Shown: positions 29,221 through 39,090, counted from the stretch's first letter. The stretch is 64,000 nt of DNA from Spirochaetia bacterium (GCA_045606105.1 JAZURI010000001.1:96001-160000), one strand, 5' to 3'. The notes: generated by a model from the sequence alone, not told the origin. Numbers and translations: made by a program.

Positions 29221-30187
29221 TGATGATGGTATATTCTTCTTTTATTTTTTTCTCAAGAGACATATATACACGATCGTGGGCTCCTTCAAGAGTCATAAAA
29301 CCAGTCTGTCCTTCAATATGATAGGTATCCGGAACTGAACCTGTTTCATTATCCTTCATTGTTATTTCCATAAAATATCTGACCATTTGATTAGGATTGC
29401 CTTGAAGCTTGAAGGGTTCAATATTTACTTCACATGAAATTTCGAATCTTGCCGGATTGTATACTGCTATGCAGCCCATTTCCTGTACTTTTTCTGACAG
29501 GGCTTTCTTGAGTCTGCCGTGTCTGTCTCCCGGATTTCCGGTTACCGAAACAAAAACAGGTGCTTCCTGCATAAGGAGGGAAAGTTCCTTCTCTATTTCC
29601 TCAGGAGAAAAAACCATATCCTTGGCCAGTTCTGCCGTATTAAAACTAAGGACTGAAAGGATTGTTATATAATCATTCTGTTTCCCGGCCAGTTCTGCAC
29701 CCTTTTTATAATTGTAACAGTTAATAAGAGGATTTTCATCTTTTCTGAGAAGAGCTGAAATATCCCTGAAAAGCTGTTCAGTTTTCCTGTAATAGATTCC
29801 CGCGGTTTTTTCCTTGTCAAGAACGGCCAAAGCGTAGCACTTGCCGTCAGAAGAAGTCCATGCCTGTTTTATTTCTGCACCGGAAAGAAATTCCATATTG
29901 GTGCTGAGTGAAACGTTATGATTTATGCTTGTTTTATGTTCTCCTGAATCTGCCATGTACCTGGAGGCCTCTGTACGGGAATCTACGCTCTGACCAAAAA
30001 CAGAAGCAAGTGCCTTTATGGCATCTGCTTCCGCTGTTTTCCTGTCTCTGCCGATTCCGGTTGCTGTAAGATATCTTTCATCATACAGTCCGGATGGATT
30101 ATTAATCCATTCCGGAGGTACCTCTCCGAATGCAGTTGAGCATCCAAACCATAAAATAAGAATCAGAGAAGAGAGGTATTTTTTCAT
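29216..30187 (-). CDS. LPP20-family lipoprotein
   Basis: MKKY...FGC signal; PEWI...YLTATGIG...AEADAIKALASVF LPP20-like signature. Confidence 0.75.
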   Translation of the reverse strand: MKKYLSSLILILWFGCSTAFGEVPPEWINNPSGLYDERYLTATGIGRDRKTAEADAIKALASVFGQSVDSRTEASRYMADSGEHKTSINHNVSLSTNMEFLSGAEIKQAWTSSDGKCYALAVLDKEKTAGIYYRKTEQLFRDISALLRKDENPLINCYNYKKGAELAGKQNDYITILSVLSFNTAELAKDMVFSPEEIEKELSLLMQEAPVFVSVTGNPGDRHGRLKKALSEKVQEMGCIAVYNPARFEISCEVNIEPFKLQGNPNQMVRYFMEITMKDNETGSVPDTYHIEGQTGFMTLEGAHDRVYMSLEKKIKEEYTIIK

Positions 30188-30189
30188 GC

Positions 30190-31770
30190 TTATTCCTGGC
30201 ACTGTACTGTCAGAAGGTTAAGCTTTCCTGCTTCTATCTTAACAGATTTTGTTACAGGTTTAATTGATGTACCTGGGAAGCTGATAGTTACATTATATGG
30301 TCCGGGTGCGATTTCCAATGCTCCTGCATGTACTTCCGCAGGGAAGAAGTGAGTTCCTCTGATATCAGCCTTGTCATTTTCATCGATTTTTTTGAGTGTT
30401 GTATCAAGAACCTTTCCGGCTGCCATTGATGCTCCGGCTTTGGCAATCGCATTCATGTCTTTTGCTTTATACATTGCCCCTACGTAAGTAGCTGCTGCCG
30501 CGATATACCTTGTTGTGCTTCTGAATTTGCTTCTCTTTTTATCAAATTCAATATTTTTTTCCATACATGCGCTTGAGATGTCGTTTACATTTTCGATAAG
30601 GTCAAGTGTAACTACCTTGTCCCCGATCTTGATTTCGCATGTTTTTGCTTTATAGTCGCGTGGTTCAAGAACTGTGTAGTCATACTGCATGTTTCTTTTT
30701 GAAAGACCACCTGTAAGAATGCTTGTAATTTCACCCGATGCAACAGCAAGCTGCTTGACTGCAGGAACTGATGAGAGTCCTTCTACTATTGCATTGATCG
30801 GTGTAGTCATTTCTTCTGAAACTCCCTTTTTTTCAGCCATAAGTCCCATAAGAGCCACTACATTGAGGCGAGCCATTCCATTAGGAACATCTTTTGTTTC
30901 TTCTTTTACGGCATCAAGAGTTGCTGCATATTTGGTTTCACCTTTGTAACTTTCCTGTTCATATGCTTCTTTCATTTTTTTGTAGAAATAGTCTCTGTTT
31001 TCTCCCTCTCTGTGATCATTGTATTTGTTGTAGATGAGTGCAAGGTAGTTTGCCAATGCTGAATTGCTGAAAACAACTCCTGCTGCTTCTGGAGCTTTAC
31101 TGTCGCTTGGGGAGGCTTCGTCAATTTTTTCTAAAAGTTTATTTTTGTACTCATCCATTTTACGAAGCATGTGTCTGATATTCTTGAGATCCACGAATGC
31201 ATCATCTGCGGTTTCAGAGTTATCCATTTTGGCAAGGGCATTAAAAATTACCGCATACATATCCTCATAGTCGTATGTTACATAATCTGTGGAATAAGGA
31301 TCAAGAAGCAGTGTTGAAAGTTCAACCTTGTCTGCATTGTTATATTTTTCTTGAAGCTTATGCATATCAGCAGCAACATCGTTGAAATGATTGACAGCTT
31401 CAGCCTTGTTTCCGGCATACAGCTTGATCATACCTGCATCTATGTTGTAGATGTCATCAGAACCGAGAGAATTTCTGTTTGTTTCTTCGGAAAGAAGGCT
31501 ATAAGCTTCTTCGTAGTTTCCGGCATTCATTGCCTCATTTATAGCTGCCAGGTAATCACCTGATTTTGCCTTCTTTGATTTGGCAGTTTTTTTCTTATTT
31601 TTTTCCTTTGCTTTTTCTCCCTTTTTCTGTTCCTTTTCACTCTTCTTGTCCGCTTTTACGGTTTTTTCATTTTTTACTGTATCATTCTGTACAGCACCCT
31701 TTGTTGTTCCGCATGATGCAAGAAATGTTGCACATAACAGAATCAGAAGTCCTCTTTTGATAAACTTCAT
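30190..31770 (-). CDS. COG3014-like TPR lipoprotein
   Basis: LASC lipobox, Lys-rich tether, DAGM, Y...YEDMY..IFNAL and ADIR..HFFP motifs. Confidence 0.7.
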   Translation of the reverse strand: MKFIKRGLLILLCATFLASCGTTKGAVQNDTVKNEKTVKADKKSEKEQKKGEKAKEKNKKKTAKSKKAKSGDYLAAINEAMNAGNYEEAYSLLSEETNRNSLGSDDIYNIDAGMIKLYAGNKAEAVNHFNDVAADMHKLQEKYNNADKVELSTLLLDPYSTDYVTYDYEDMYAVIFNALAKMDNSETADDAFVDLKNIRHMLRKMDEYKNKLLEKIDEASPSDSKAPEAAGVVFSNSALANYLALIYNKYNDHREGENRDYFYKKMKEAYEQESYKGETKYAATLDAVKEETKDVPNGMARLNVVALMGLMAEKKGVSEEMTTPINAIVEGLSSVPAVKQLAVASGEITSILTGGLSKRNMQYDYTVLEPRDYKAKTCEIKIGDKVVTLDLIENVNDISSACMEKNIEFDKKRSKFRSTTRYIAAAATYVGAMYKAKDMNAIAKAGASMAAGKVLDTTLKKIDENDKADIRGTHFFPAEVHAGALEIAPGPYNVTISFPGTSIKPVTKSVKIEAGKLNLLTVQCQE

Positions 31771-31773
31771 TTT

Positions 31774-32403
31774 TTAATCTCCTCTATTTTTTGATTTTTT
31801 GATTTTTTTCTTTACTTTCTTTTCAGAACCGATAACTTTCTTGATGTCCTTGTTTTCACCTTTCCAGATAAGTTCTCCGGTTTCAATGTCCACCATTTCA
31901 GCAAATACAAAATAGGTCTTGACAGCAATATTGATATCTGTATCCACAATAGTTTTTACAGAGCCGGTGAGGATAAGGTCGGGAATAAGCTCGTTTGCTG
32001 CTTCCTTCTGTTTTGTAGGATCAGACCATGAAGCCCGGGCAAATCTTTCTTCCCTTATCTCCTCTATTCTTTTTTTTGAAGCAATGAATCTTGCCTTCCC
32101 TGAATTAAAAATTCCTGTTTCTATTCCCTCTGTAATAATTGAAGTATCAATGTATTCGTCGCTGTCATTTCTGAACTTACCGACTGTAACAATCGGCCGT
32201 CGTCCCAGATCCTCTTTATAGCCTGAAAAACTGCCGGAATTAAGAGCCTGTTCGATAAGCCCTTCACCCACAATCCTTGCGTCCGAATCATTCCAGTAAC
32301 CGCTTGCATCCACCTGAAGATCTGCATCAACTCTTTCCACGGTTTTTGCATAACAGGGCATGATCAGAACTGAGATGAAAAATATGAAAGCCAGTTTTTT
32401 CAT
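31774..32403 (-). CDS. LpoB/YcfM-family protein
   Basis: VERVD...D.SGYWNDSD, RNDSDEYIDT, MVDIETGELIW...IKK motifs. Confidence 0.8.
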   Translation of the reverse strand: MKKLAFIFFISVLIMPCYAKTVERVDADLQVDASGYWNDSDARIVGEGLIEQALNSGSFSGYKEDLGRRPIVTVGKFRNDSDEYIDTSIITEGIETGIFNSGKARFIASKKRIEEIREERFARASWSDPTKQKEAANELIPDLILTGSVKTIVDTDINIAVKTYFVFAEMVDIETGELIWKGENKDIKKVIGSEKKVKKKIKKSKNRGD

Positions 32404-33095
32404 TCTCTGGTTACCTTTCCATCCTTCATAAGCTCTGCCACAAGGGTATCTGCCATGTTTTCGGCCTGCTGTCTGTCACCTGATTCAAATTCGTTTACTA
32501 TCTCATCGATAAGGCTGTTGATCTGTTTCTTGTAAAGTTCCTTGTTGATGGAATAGATCTGGATTACATGATATTCGTCTGTTACCTTGTCGGACTTGTT
32601 GTCAATAGTTCTCAGAAGAGTCCAATAGTCAGCCACTTTACGGAAGCCTGAAAATTCTGCCTTTGAAGCAACAGCTGTAATTGTCTTCTGGGTTTTTTCT
32701 CTATCTGAAAGAACTCCGCTGAACTTATTCATGGCAGCGGTGTGGAATGTGGCTGCAACTCCTGCATTGAAATCTGCATTTTCCATCCAACTCTGAACCA
32801 GATCCAGATCCGGACCGTTATCCTGAACCTTGATTATGATATCTTCATGGCAGTCAAATTTTTCCTTGAATGAATCATAATTATCTTCAAGTACATCCAT
32901 CAGCCACGCCGGCTGATCAAGTCCGAAAGCTTTGTTTTTATGATTGATTACAATAACCTTAGGAACATCCGGTCCGTCTGTGTTCCCAATATCTGTACCT
33001 TGTTGATTTCCGGTTGCTGCCGCACCTGTAGTAGCTCCGCATCCTGTCATGAAAAGAATAACAAGACAAAGAGCTGAGATGATAGCTTTTTTCAT
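32400..33095 (-). CDS. Hypothetical lipoprotein
   Basis: SD GGGAG; MKKAII...MTGC lipobox; FSGFRKVADYW segment. Confidence 0.75.
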   Translation of the reverse strand: MKKAIISALCLVILFMTGCGATTGAAATGNQQGTDIGNTDGPDVPKVIVINHKNKAFGLDQPAWLMDVLEDNYDSFKEKFDCHEDIIIKVQDNGPDLDLVQSWMENADFNAGVAATFHTAAMNKFSGVLSDREKTQKTITAVASKAEFSGFRKVADYWTLLRTIDNKSDKVTDEYHVIQIYSINKELYKKQINSLIDEIVNEFESGDRQQAENMADTLVAELMKDGKVTRE

Positions 33096-33111
33096 TTTTC
33101 TCTCCCTTTGA

Positions 33112-33189
33112 TACGCTAAATGAAGTATGGGCTTAAATAATACCACCTGATAAGCGTGTTGTCAACATAAAAGTACTTATTTTGAAGTA
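33112..33189. promoter_or_regulatory. Divergent promoter region with two TAC-N10-GTA boxes
   Basis: TACgctaaaTGAAGTA at 33112-33127 and TACttatttTGAAGTA at 33174-33189; TTGACA on the minus strand between them. Confidence 0.5.
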
Positions 33190-33201
33190 TATTTAATTAT
33201 A

Positions 33202-33606
33202 ATGGAAATCAATTTTCGAAAGAACCTAAGAAAAATTCTTGATGACAGGGATATTTCTGTTAAGGAATTGGCATCAATGACAGGAATCTCAAAAAGAACC
33301 CTTGAAAATTACCTTGGGAGCAGAGAATCCATTCCCCCTGTTGATTATGGCTACAGAATAGCAAAGGTTTTGGATGTTACGGTTGAATATCTCCTGACCG
33401 GAACAGATAAAAATACAATGAGGGAGGAATCCGCCAAAGCTGTCGCCTTTAAAAATCTTTTTAAAAAATTTAATTCTTCGGAAAGTATGAATAATCTGTC
33501 AGAAGAGGACATGAAGGCAGTGAGTGATATTGTCAATATCATAATAAATGTCAAAAATACCACCAACCATGTCAGTGTGGATAATGTCGAGATAGAAAAA
33601 CACTGA
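33202..33606 (+). CDS. XRE-family HTH repressor
   Basis: ISVKELASMTGISKRTLENYL...IAKVLDVTVEYLLTG; divergent from the lipoprotein operon. Confidence 0.9.
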   Translation: MEINFRKNLRKILDDRDISVKELASMTGISKRTLENYLGSRESIPPVDYGYRIAKVLDVTVEYLLTGTDKNTMREESAKAVAFKNLFKKFNSSESMNNLSEEDMKAVSDIVNIIINVKNTTNHVSVDNVEIEKH

Positions 33607-33617
33607 TTTCAGTTATT
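33596..33617 (+). repeat. Right copy of the 22-bp direct repeat
   Basis: Identical to 29199-29220. Confidence 0.95.
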
Positions 33618-35108
33618 GTCGGGAATCCATTTTCCCCCGGATAATTTCATTCCGTACTGTGTTTCAAGATTCCATGCCAGCCCTTTCTGTGTGGCTCTTA
33701 CCGCACGGGTAAAGTCGGTATCTTCGTGCTTGGCAAGATAAGTTTCGCAACATTCAAGCCCCGATGCAAGAATATTGTCCATCAGAAGCTTGGAGGCAAT
33801 GAATCTCTCTTCCTTGTGAACGGCAAATATTATCATTGATTCCAGCAGACCTATGATTTCCCATGTAATCTGCTCGGTCTGGGAATACATTCCTATATCC
33901 TTGTGCTGGTCTATGAGGCGCACCGGCAGGGAATCAATTATCCTGTCCAGATTCTCCACCAGATATTCCAGATTAAAAAGTCCTGTGGCGCAGTTGAAAA
34001 GAATAGGCATTCCGGAAGCCTCGTGGGAGGCTACGAATTCCTTGGAAATAGCCCTTCCGATATCGCCGCAGTTAAGCCTTCCGTTTTTCTCCCTTACCAG
34101 GATTCCCCCCTTTACATCCACCGGAGTCTTAAAAGAGAAATCAAAGCTGGCATTTCTTTCCGAAAGAGCCAGGATTGCCACTTCTGCCGGAGAAACTGTA
34201 AAACCGATGTTATCCACATTTCCCAGATAGACAAACTTTTTTCCCTCAGCCAGAAGCTTTCTGTATGTATCCCTGAGCACCATGAAATTCTGCCCGTGTC
34301 CTCCCGGAAGGGAATAGAAACTTCCGTCCTCCTTTCTGAAAAAGTCCAGAGGAAAGCCCTTGGATGTATGGGTAAATGCCGGAATAAGCGGCTGAACCGC
34401 TCCGAGCACCTCGGTTATATCCACGCCGGTTTCTTCTGAAAGATCCCTGATGCCGGGAAGCTCCCTGTAGGTTCTGTATTTATTGCGGAGAATGGTATCC
34501 GTGCTGTTGCTGGTCATCTGGAAAACGGAATTTCGGTATGCATCCGGTCCCTTGCCTGTTACAGCCATGGATTTCTTTATGGTAAGAAGAATGGATCTGA
34601 GCTTGAGGGCCATGAAATCGTAGCCCGGTGTACCGTCCGGGTTTATGTATGCCGGAGTTGCCCCTTTAGGAATGTTTCTTGCAGTATCCGCAAGAGCCTC
34701 AAACTGTTTTTCCGCCTCTGCAAAAAGCTCCGGATTGAAGGCTGAATTGTTTTTTCTGTCGCAGTAGCTGGTGGCCATGCCGCCGTTGAGTACACCGTAG
34801 GAAAGGAACGGAATAAGATGAAGTCCTATCTTTTCCGCAGTCTCGAATCCTATATCCAGAGTATCTCCCTCTTTGCGTGCATCTGTCAGCAACTCTGTCG
34901 GAATTCCGTATTTTTTCAGGATTTCCTGCGCTTTAGTCCCGTTTATGTAATAATGAAGATTCTTGTGAAGTACAAAAATATCCTTGCCGTCGGGATGAGG
35001 CAGTGTATCTACATCAAGATGACTGATTCCCTCCGGTCGTGATGCGTTTACTGAGTCGAGAATTTTCTGACCAAGGTTCAGATCTGTTTCCATGCTTTTA
35101 ATATACAA
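33609..35108 (-). CDS. UTP--glucose-1-phosphate uridylyltransferase, UDPGP (eukaryote-type) family
   Basis: LNGGMATSY, PGGHG, GNVDNIG, KGGIL motifs. Confidence 0.8.
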   Translation of the reverse strand: MYIKSMETDLNLGQKILDSVNASRPEGISHLDVDTLPHPDGKDIFVLHKNLHYYINGTKAQEILKKYGIPTELLTDARKEGDTLDIGFETAEKIGLHLIPFLSYGVLNGGMATSYCDRKNNSAFNPELFAEAEKQFEALADTARNIPKGATPAYINPDGTPGYDFMALKLRSILLTIKKSMAVTGKGPDAYRNSVFQMTSNSTDTILRNKYRTYRELPGIRDLSEETGVDITEVLGAVQPLIPAFTHTSKGFPLDFFRKEDGSFYSLPGGHGQNFMVLRDTYRKLLAEGKKFVYLGNVDNIGFTVSPAEVAILALSERNASFDFSFKTPVDVKGGILVREKNGRLNCGDIGRAISKEFVASHEASGMPILFNCATGLFNLEYLVENLDRIIDSLPVRLIDQHKDIGMYSQTEQITWEIIGLLESMIIFAVHKEERFIASKLLMDNILASGLECCETYLAKHEDTDFTRAVRATQKGLAWNLETQYGMKLSGGKWIPDNN

Positions 35109-35150
35109 TATATTTCATTTTAAGACAATTATGCCGATATTTATAAGGAT

Positions 35151-36950
35151 ATGCTCAGAAAAACCTTACTTTTTTTATATATTCTTGTATTTTCCGTTTC
35201 ATTGTATGCGGAGCCTGAAAAAATGATCCTGACTGAGGGAGGGATGCTTATTTCTGCCAACAGGGAGGGAATGATAAAGGTCTCCTATGACGGCGGCGAC
35301 AGCTGGACCGGTATCAGCCCAGGCCTGCCCGAAAAATATGTATATCCTTTTACAGAAAAGGAATACAGGGATATTTCATCGGTGTATTATGATGAGGAAA
35401 CCTCTGCCATGGCAGCCTGCGGTTCCGATTTTGTTGCATTCTGCGGTGCCGGCAGCTCCGGGTGGAAAACCATACCTGTAAAGGCACCGGTAAAGGAAAG
35501 AGCCTATTTTTCCTCCGTTGCCCTGAAGCCTGCGGAAAACGGCTTTCTTATCATGGCCGGAACCAGCTGCGACGGCTTCTTCTGTACCTCTGACATGGGC
35601 GAAACCTGGGAAATCTTCCCCAGCAACCGTTTTTACATAGGGGCCGGGTTCTATGAGGAGCTGACTGCCGTGTGTCCTGCAAAGGGGGAGGGACCCTACT
35701 CCTGGTATGCGGCAGCCGCTCCCGACAATCTTATCTACGGCTTTGATCCTGTAATACAGCGCTGGAGGCCGGTTCCTGTGCCTGATGCTGTTTCTGCCCT
35801 TCCCATCCATTCATTGACCGATACAGGTGCCTCCCTGAAGGTTATTTCCGGCAGCGGTGTCTACGAATGCTCCTACGACGGCCTGGAATGGTACAGCCTT
35901 GACGGTGTGAAGCTGCCGTATATCAAGAAAAAGGTTAAAGCTGCTGCAACAGCCGAAAACAGGACCGGTATCTACCTGAGCTATGGCAGCGGCCGGGGAG
36001 AGAGACTGGACAGGCATATTGAATTTATCAAGGCCCGTGGCATGAATTCCCTGGTTATCGACCTGAAGGACGATTTCGGAAACATTACCTGCGGTACCGG
36101 AAATCCTATGGCTGCAGAGGTGGGAACCGACAAGGAGTATTTTTCCCTGAAGGAGCTTCTGGAGAAGGCCCATGCCGAAGGAATCTATGTCATCGGGCGT
36201 ATTGTGGTTTTCAAGGATGAGAAGCTGTACAACCATGACAATTACCGTTATGCGGTACGGGATATGGATACCGGAGAGCCGTGGCGGCATATTGTTGGGG
36301 GAACCCAGAGGGAATACTGGGTGGATCCGTTCTGCAGCGATGTATGGGATTATAACATAGCCCTGGCTCAGGAGTTTGCAGCTGCAGGTATAGATGAGAT
36401 ACAGTTTGACTACATCCGTTTTCCTACCGACGGTAAAATAAGCCGTATCCATTATCCGTACAGGAAAGAGAGAATGTCCAATTCCGATGCCCTGGAATCC
36501 TTCCTCAGAAAAGCCAGGGAGCATATAGCTATTCCTATCAGTGTGGATTTCTACGGCTTCAACGGCTGGAACAAGATAGAAAAGAAAAACGGCCAGAACC
36601 TGGATATGGTTGCCAGATATGTGGATGTGGTTTGTCCCATGTACTATCCGTCCCATTTCTCCGAAGATTTTCACAGGAACAGCTCCTATATGGAGTGGTC
36701 CGAATATATCTATCGCTCAGGTACCGAAAGGGCAGCTGAAATTGTCAGGGATACAGGCTGTATAATCCGTCCTTACGTACAGGCCTTTCTTGTGGGAAAG
36801 GAGCTGAAGATGGAAAAGGATGAGTATTATGAGTATTTCCTCAGGCAGATAAAAGGTTCCGAAGAGGGAATGGGCTCCGGCTACACGTTATGGAATGCCT
36901 CAAACCGGTATTACATGGTGCCGGAGGATTTCAGAGCAGACTCTTTTTAA
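35151..36950 (+). CDS. Secreted putative glycoside hydrolase (DUF4015-like) with an N-terminal BNR/propeller region
   Basis: Signal peptide; SYDGGDSW and TSDMGETW Asp-boxes; VIDLKDDFG, RIVVFKD, DEIQFDYIRFP, PMYYPSHF motifs. Confidence 0.8.
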   Translation: MLRKTLLFLYILVFSVSLYAEPEKMILTEGGMLISANREGMIKVSYDGGDSWTGISPGLPEKYVYPFTEKEYRDISSVYYDEETSAMAACGSDFVAFCGAGSSGWKTIPVKAPVKERAYFSSVALKPAENGFLIMAGTSCDGFFCTSDMGETWEIFPSNRFYIGAGFYEELTAVCPAKGEGPYSWYAAAAPDNLIYGFDPVIQRWRPVPVPDAVSALPIHSLTDTGASLKVISGSGVYECSYDGLEWYSLDGVKLPYIKKKVKAAATAENRTGIYLSYGSGRGERLDRHIEFIKARGMNSLVIDLKDDFGNITCGTGNPMAAEVGTDKEYFSLKELLEKAHAEGIYVIGRIVVFKDEKLYNHDNYRYAVRDMDTGEPWRHIVGGTQREYWVDPFCSDVWDYNIALAQEFAAAGIDEIQFDYIRFPTDGKISRIHYPYRKERMSNSDALESFLRKAREHIAIPISVDFYGFNGWNKIEKKNGQNLDMVARYVDVVCPMYYPSHFSEDFHRNSSYMEWSEYIYRSGTERAAEIVRDTGCIIRPYVQAFLVGKELKMEKDEYYEYFLRQIKGSEEGMGSGYTLWNASNRYYMVPEDFRADSF

Positions 36951-39090
36951 GGGTGAAGAACGGAATGCATTTCTTGTTTTCCCCTTCGGCCCCGAAGCTG
37001 AAAGGCGGCTCCGCGTAACGAACTATTATCTCGACCGAGAATTCGGTATCCTTCGGAGTTGTTATTTCCATTTCAAAAGGCATAGGCTGATTCTGTCCGA
37101 TACGGAACTTTATGTTGTTTCCCTCTGCCATATGAGGATATGTTGAATCAAGTACAAGAATCCTGTTTTCCGGATTCTTCGGAATAAGGGTAACAATCAG
37201 CTTGTCAGCCTTTCCTTCCGCATCGATTTTCAGCTTCACGGTTTTTCTTTCCAGGAAGTATCGTGTCTCTTCGGAGAAGCTTGCCTCGAACTCAGGCTTT
37301 TTGGTATCTATGGATATTCTTCTGTTATCGGTATTTATGTCAAACTGTTCATCTCCGTAATTAATCCTGAGGCTTCCGAGCTTGTAGCTGCTTTCAAGGA
37401 AAAGGGTTCCGGTATCCTTATCCGCATCTATCTCCTGATGTGCCCTGATTATCTGCAGGTTTTCCTTGCCGTAAGGAGAATAGGTGTAAATAAAGCGGAC
37501 AGAAAGAATCGTGATGACAATTACCCCCACCAGGGCTGCAATTCTTGAAATCTTGTGCCTGAACTTCATCTTAGGCGGAAGAACAAAGAAAATTCTTATT
37601 CCCATGAAAATATACGGAAGCGAAATCATGGTTATGAGAAAATTGATGGTAGCTGATGAGAATATCAGGTCTCCCGCCAGATTGATTGCCGGATAGAAAA
37701 TTATTCCGTGGGTGGCCAGAATAAGGAAAGTTCCTGCCAGAACCATACAGAGAAATTTTATCCTTCGGCTTGAATGGAGTGTGAAGACAAAAATCCAGAG
37801 CAGTCCCCAGATAAAATAGATTGCAAAGGAAAAGTCGATAAAAATGAATATCAGCAGGTCCAGGATTGCCGTAACCACTGCGCTTCCCGAATAGAAGCTT
37901 CCCAGGTTGGCTCTCTTGAGCTTCTTGAAGAACGGTGCAATGGCTGTCAGCAGCAGTACGCAGACCGTACATTTCAGTATGAATATTTCGGGAATTATCT
38001 TCTGCCACTGCGATTCCAGATGGGTCAGTCTGAGAAATCCCACTATCAGATAGGTGGAAATGGAATAGAATATGAAGACTGTAAGGGCAGTCCACGGAAT
38101 CAGATAGAAGTACTTGAATATTCTTTTCAGGTAAAGACCCGACTGTTTTGCATGGAATGTTATATAGAAAATAACGATGACCGATACCGCCAGGAAGAAG
38201 AACAGGAGATAGGATTCCGAAATGACAGTATAGCCGTTGCTGAGCTTTACCACAAAATAGTTCTTACCGGAGCTGTCCCATGTAACGGCAGTCTTTTCCG
38301 CAAAATCGGACATGCAGACTGAAAATCCGTCAAACCATTTGTCTGCATCGGGATGTGTGTCACCGGGGCTGCTGAGGAACATGAGGGCAGGAATATCTGC
38401 ATCCAGATATGTATCCAGGGGCGATGGGGGAAGAATCATTCCCAGGTTGTAAAGGATATTCTGCTCTGCCCTGAGGCTGTAGTCCAGTCCCGATTTCAGA
38501 AGGGCATTGTTTATGTTCTTCACCATCCTGTACGGGGTGATTGCCCTGTTGTTGCCGGTCCTGAGTACAGTCTTTCCCGGTACCGATGAGAAGTTGAAAT
38601 ATATTACAGAGCTTTTTTCATTGTATTCGTTCCTGATAAAGACATTGGTTCCGATGGGATGTCCTTCGGTTCTTCCGGTTTCGGCTCCCAGGAACAGTAT
38701 CCTTACATCCTGCTCGGAGCTTCCGGCTGCAAAAAGCTTTGCCAGCTCCAGGGCTGCAGCCACATTTACCGCATTTCCCTTTTCCCCGTTCAGAGGGGCG
38801 GCGATTATCAGGTGGTTTTCGGAATTGCCCGGTATTCTTGCATATATGTTCTTTGAGAAAGAGTGACGGTCGGAAAGCACATCGAGAGGAACCTCGGAAA
38901 AGCTTATCCCTGCATCGGAAAGGCTCTGCTTGATATAGCCCCTCAGCAGGATCTCATTTTCGGAATTCTCTTCTGCAGGATAAAATTTTTCCATCTCCGT
39001 CAGTGTGGAGGAAAAGCTGTGGGAGCCGGTATCTGCCCAGACCGGAATCAGCATGAGAAAAAATATTATCGATGCAAGAAGCTTCTTCAT
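36931..39090 (-). CDS. M28 peptidase-like polytopic membrane protein, apparently degenerate active site
   Basis: Signal peptide, NIYARIPG...LIIAAP, ILFLGAE, then many TM helices. Confidence 0.6.
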   Translation of the reverse strand: MKKLLASIIFFLMLIPVWADTGSHSFSSTLTEMEKFYPAEENSENEILLRGYIKQSLSDAGISFSEVPLDVLSDRHSFSKNIYARIPGNSENHLIIAAPLNGEKGNAVNVAAALELAKLFAAGSSEQDVRILFLGAETGRTEGHPIGTNVFIRNEYNEKSSVIYFNFSSVPGKTVLRTGNNRAITPYRMVKNINNALLKSGLDYSLRAEQNILYNLGMILPPSPLDTYLDADIPALMFLSSPGDTHPDADKWFDGFSVCMSDFAEKTAVTWDSSGKNYFVVKLSNGYTVISESYLLFFFLAVSVIVIFYITFHAKQSGLYLKRIFKYFYLIPWTALTVFIFYSISTYLIVGFLRLTHLESQWQKIIPEIFILKCTVCVLLLTAIAPFFKKLKRANLGSFYSGSAVVTAILDLLIFIFIDFSFAIYFIWGLLWIFVFTLHSSRRIKFLCMVLAGTFLILATHGIIFYPAINLAGDLIFSSATINFLITMISLPYIFMGIRIFFVLPPKMKFRHKISRIAALVGVIVITILSVRFIYTYSPYGKENLQIIRAHQEIDADKDTGTLFLESSYKLGSLRINYGDEQFDINTDNRRISIDTKKPEFEASFSEETRYFLERKTVKLKIDAEGKADKLIVTLIPKNPENRILVLDSTYPHMAEGNNIKFRIGQNQPMPFEMEITTPKDTEFSVEIIVRYAEPPFSFGAEGENKKCIPFFTLKKSLL

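Larger units (their letters stand above)
29199..33617. mobile_element. Integrase-less genomic islet (four envelope genes plus XRE regulator) flanked by 22-bp direct repeats
   Basis: Perfect terminal repeats; visibly more AT-rich than the flanks; sits between two convergent housekeeping genes. Confidence 0.75.
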
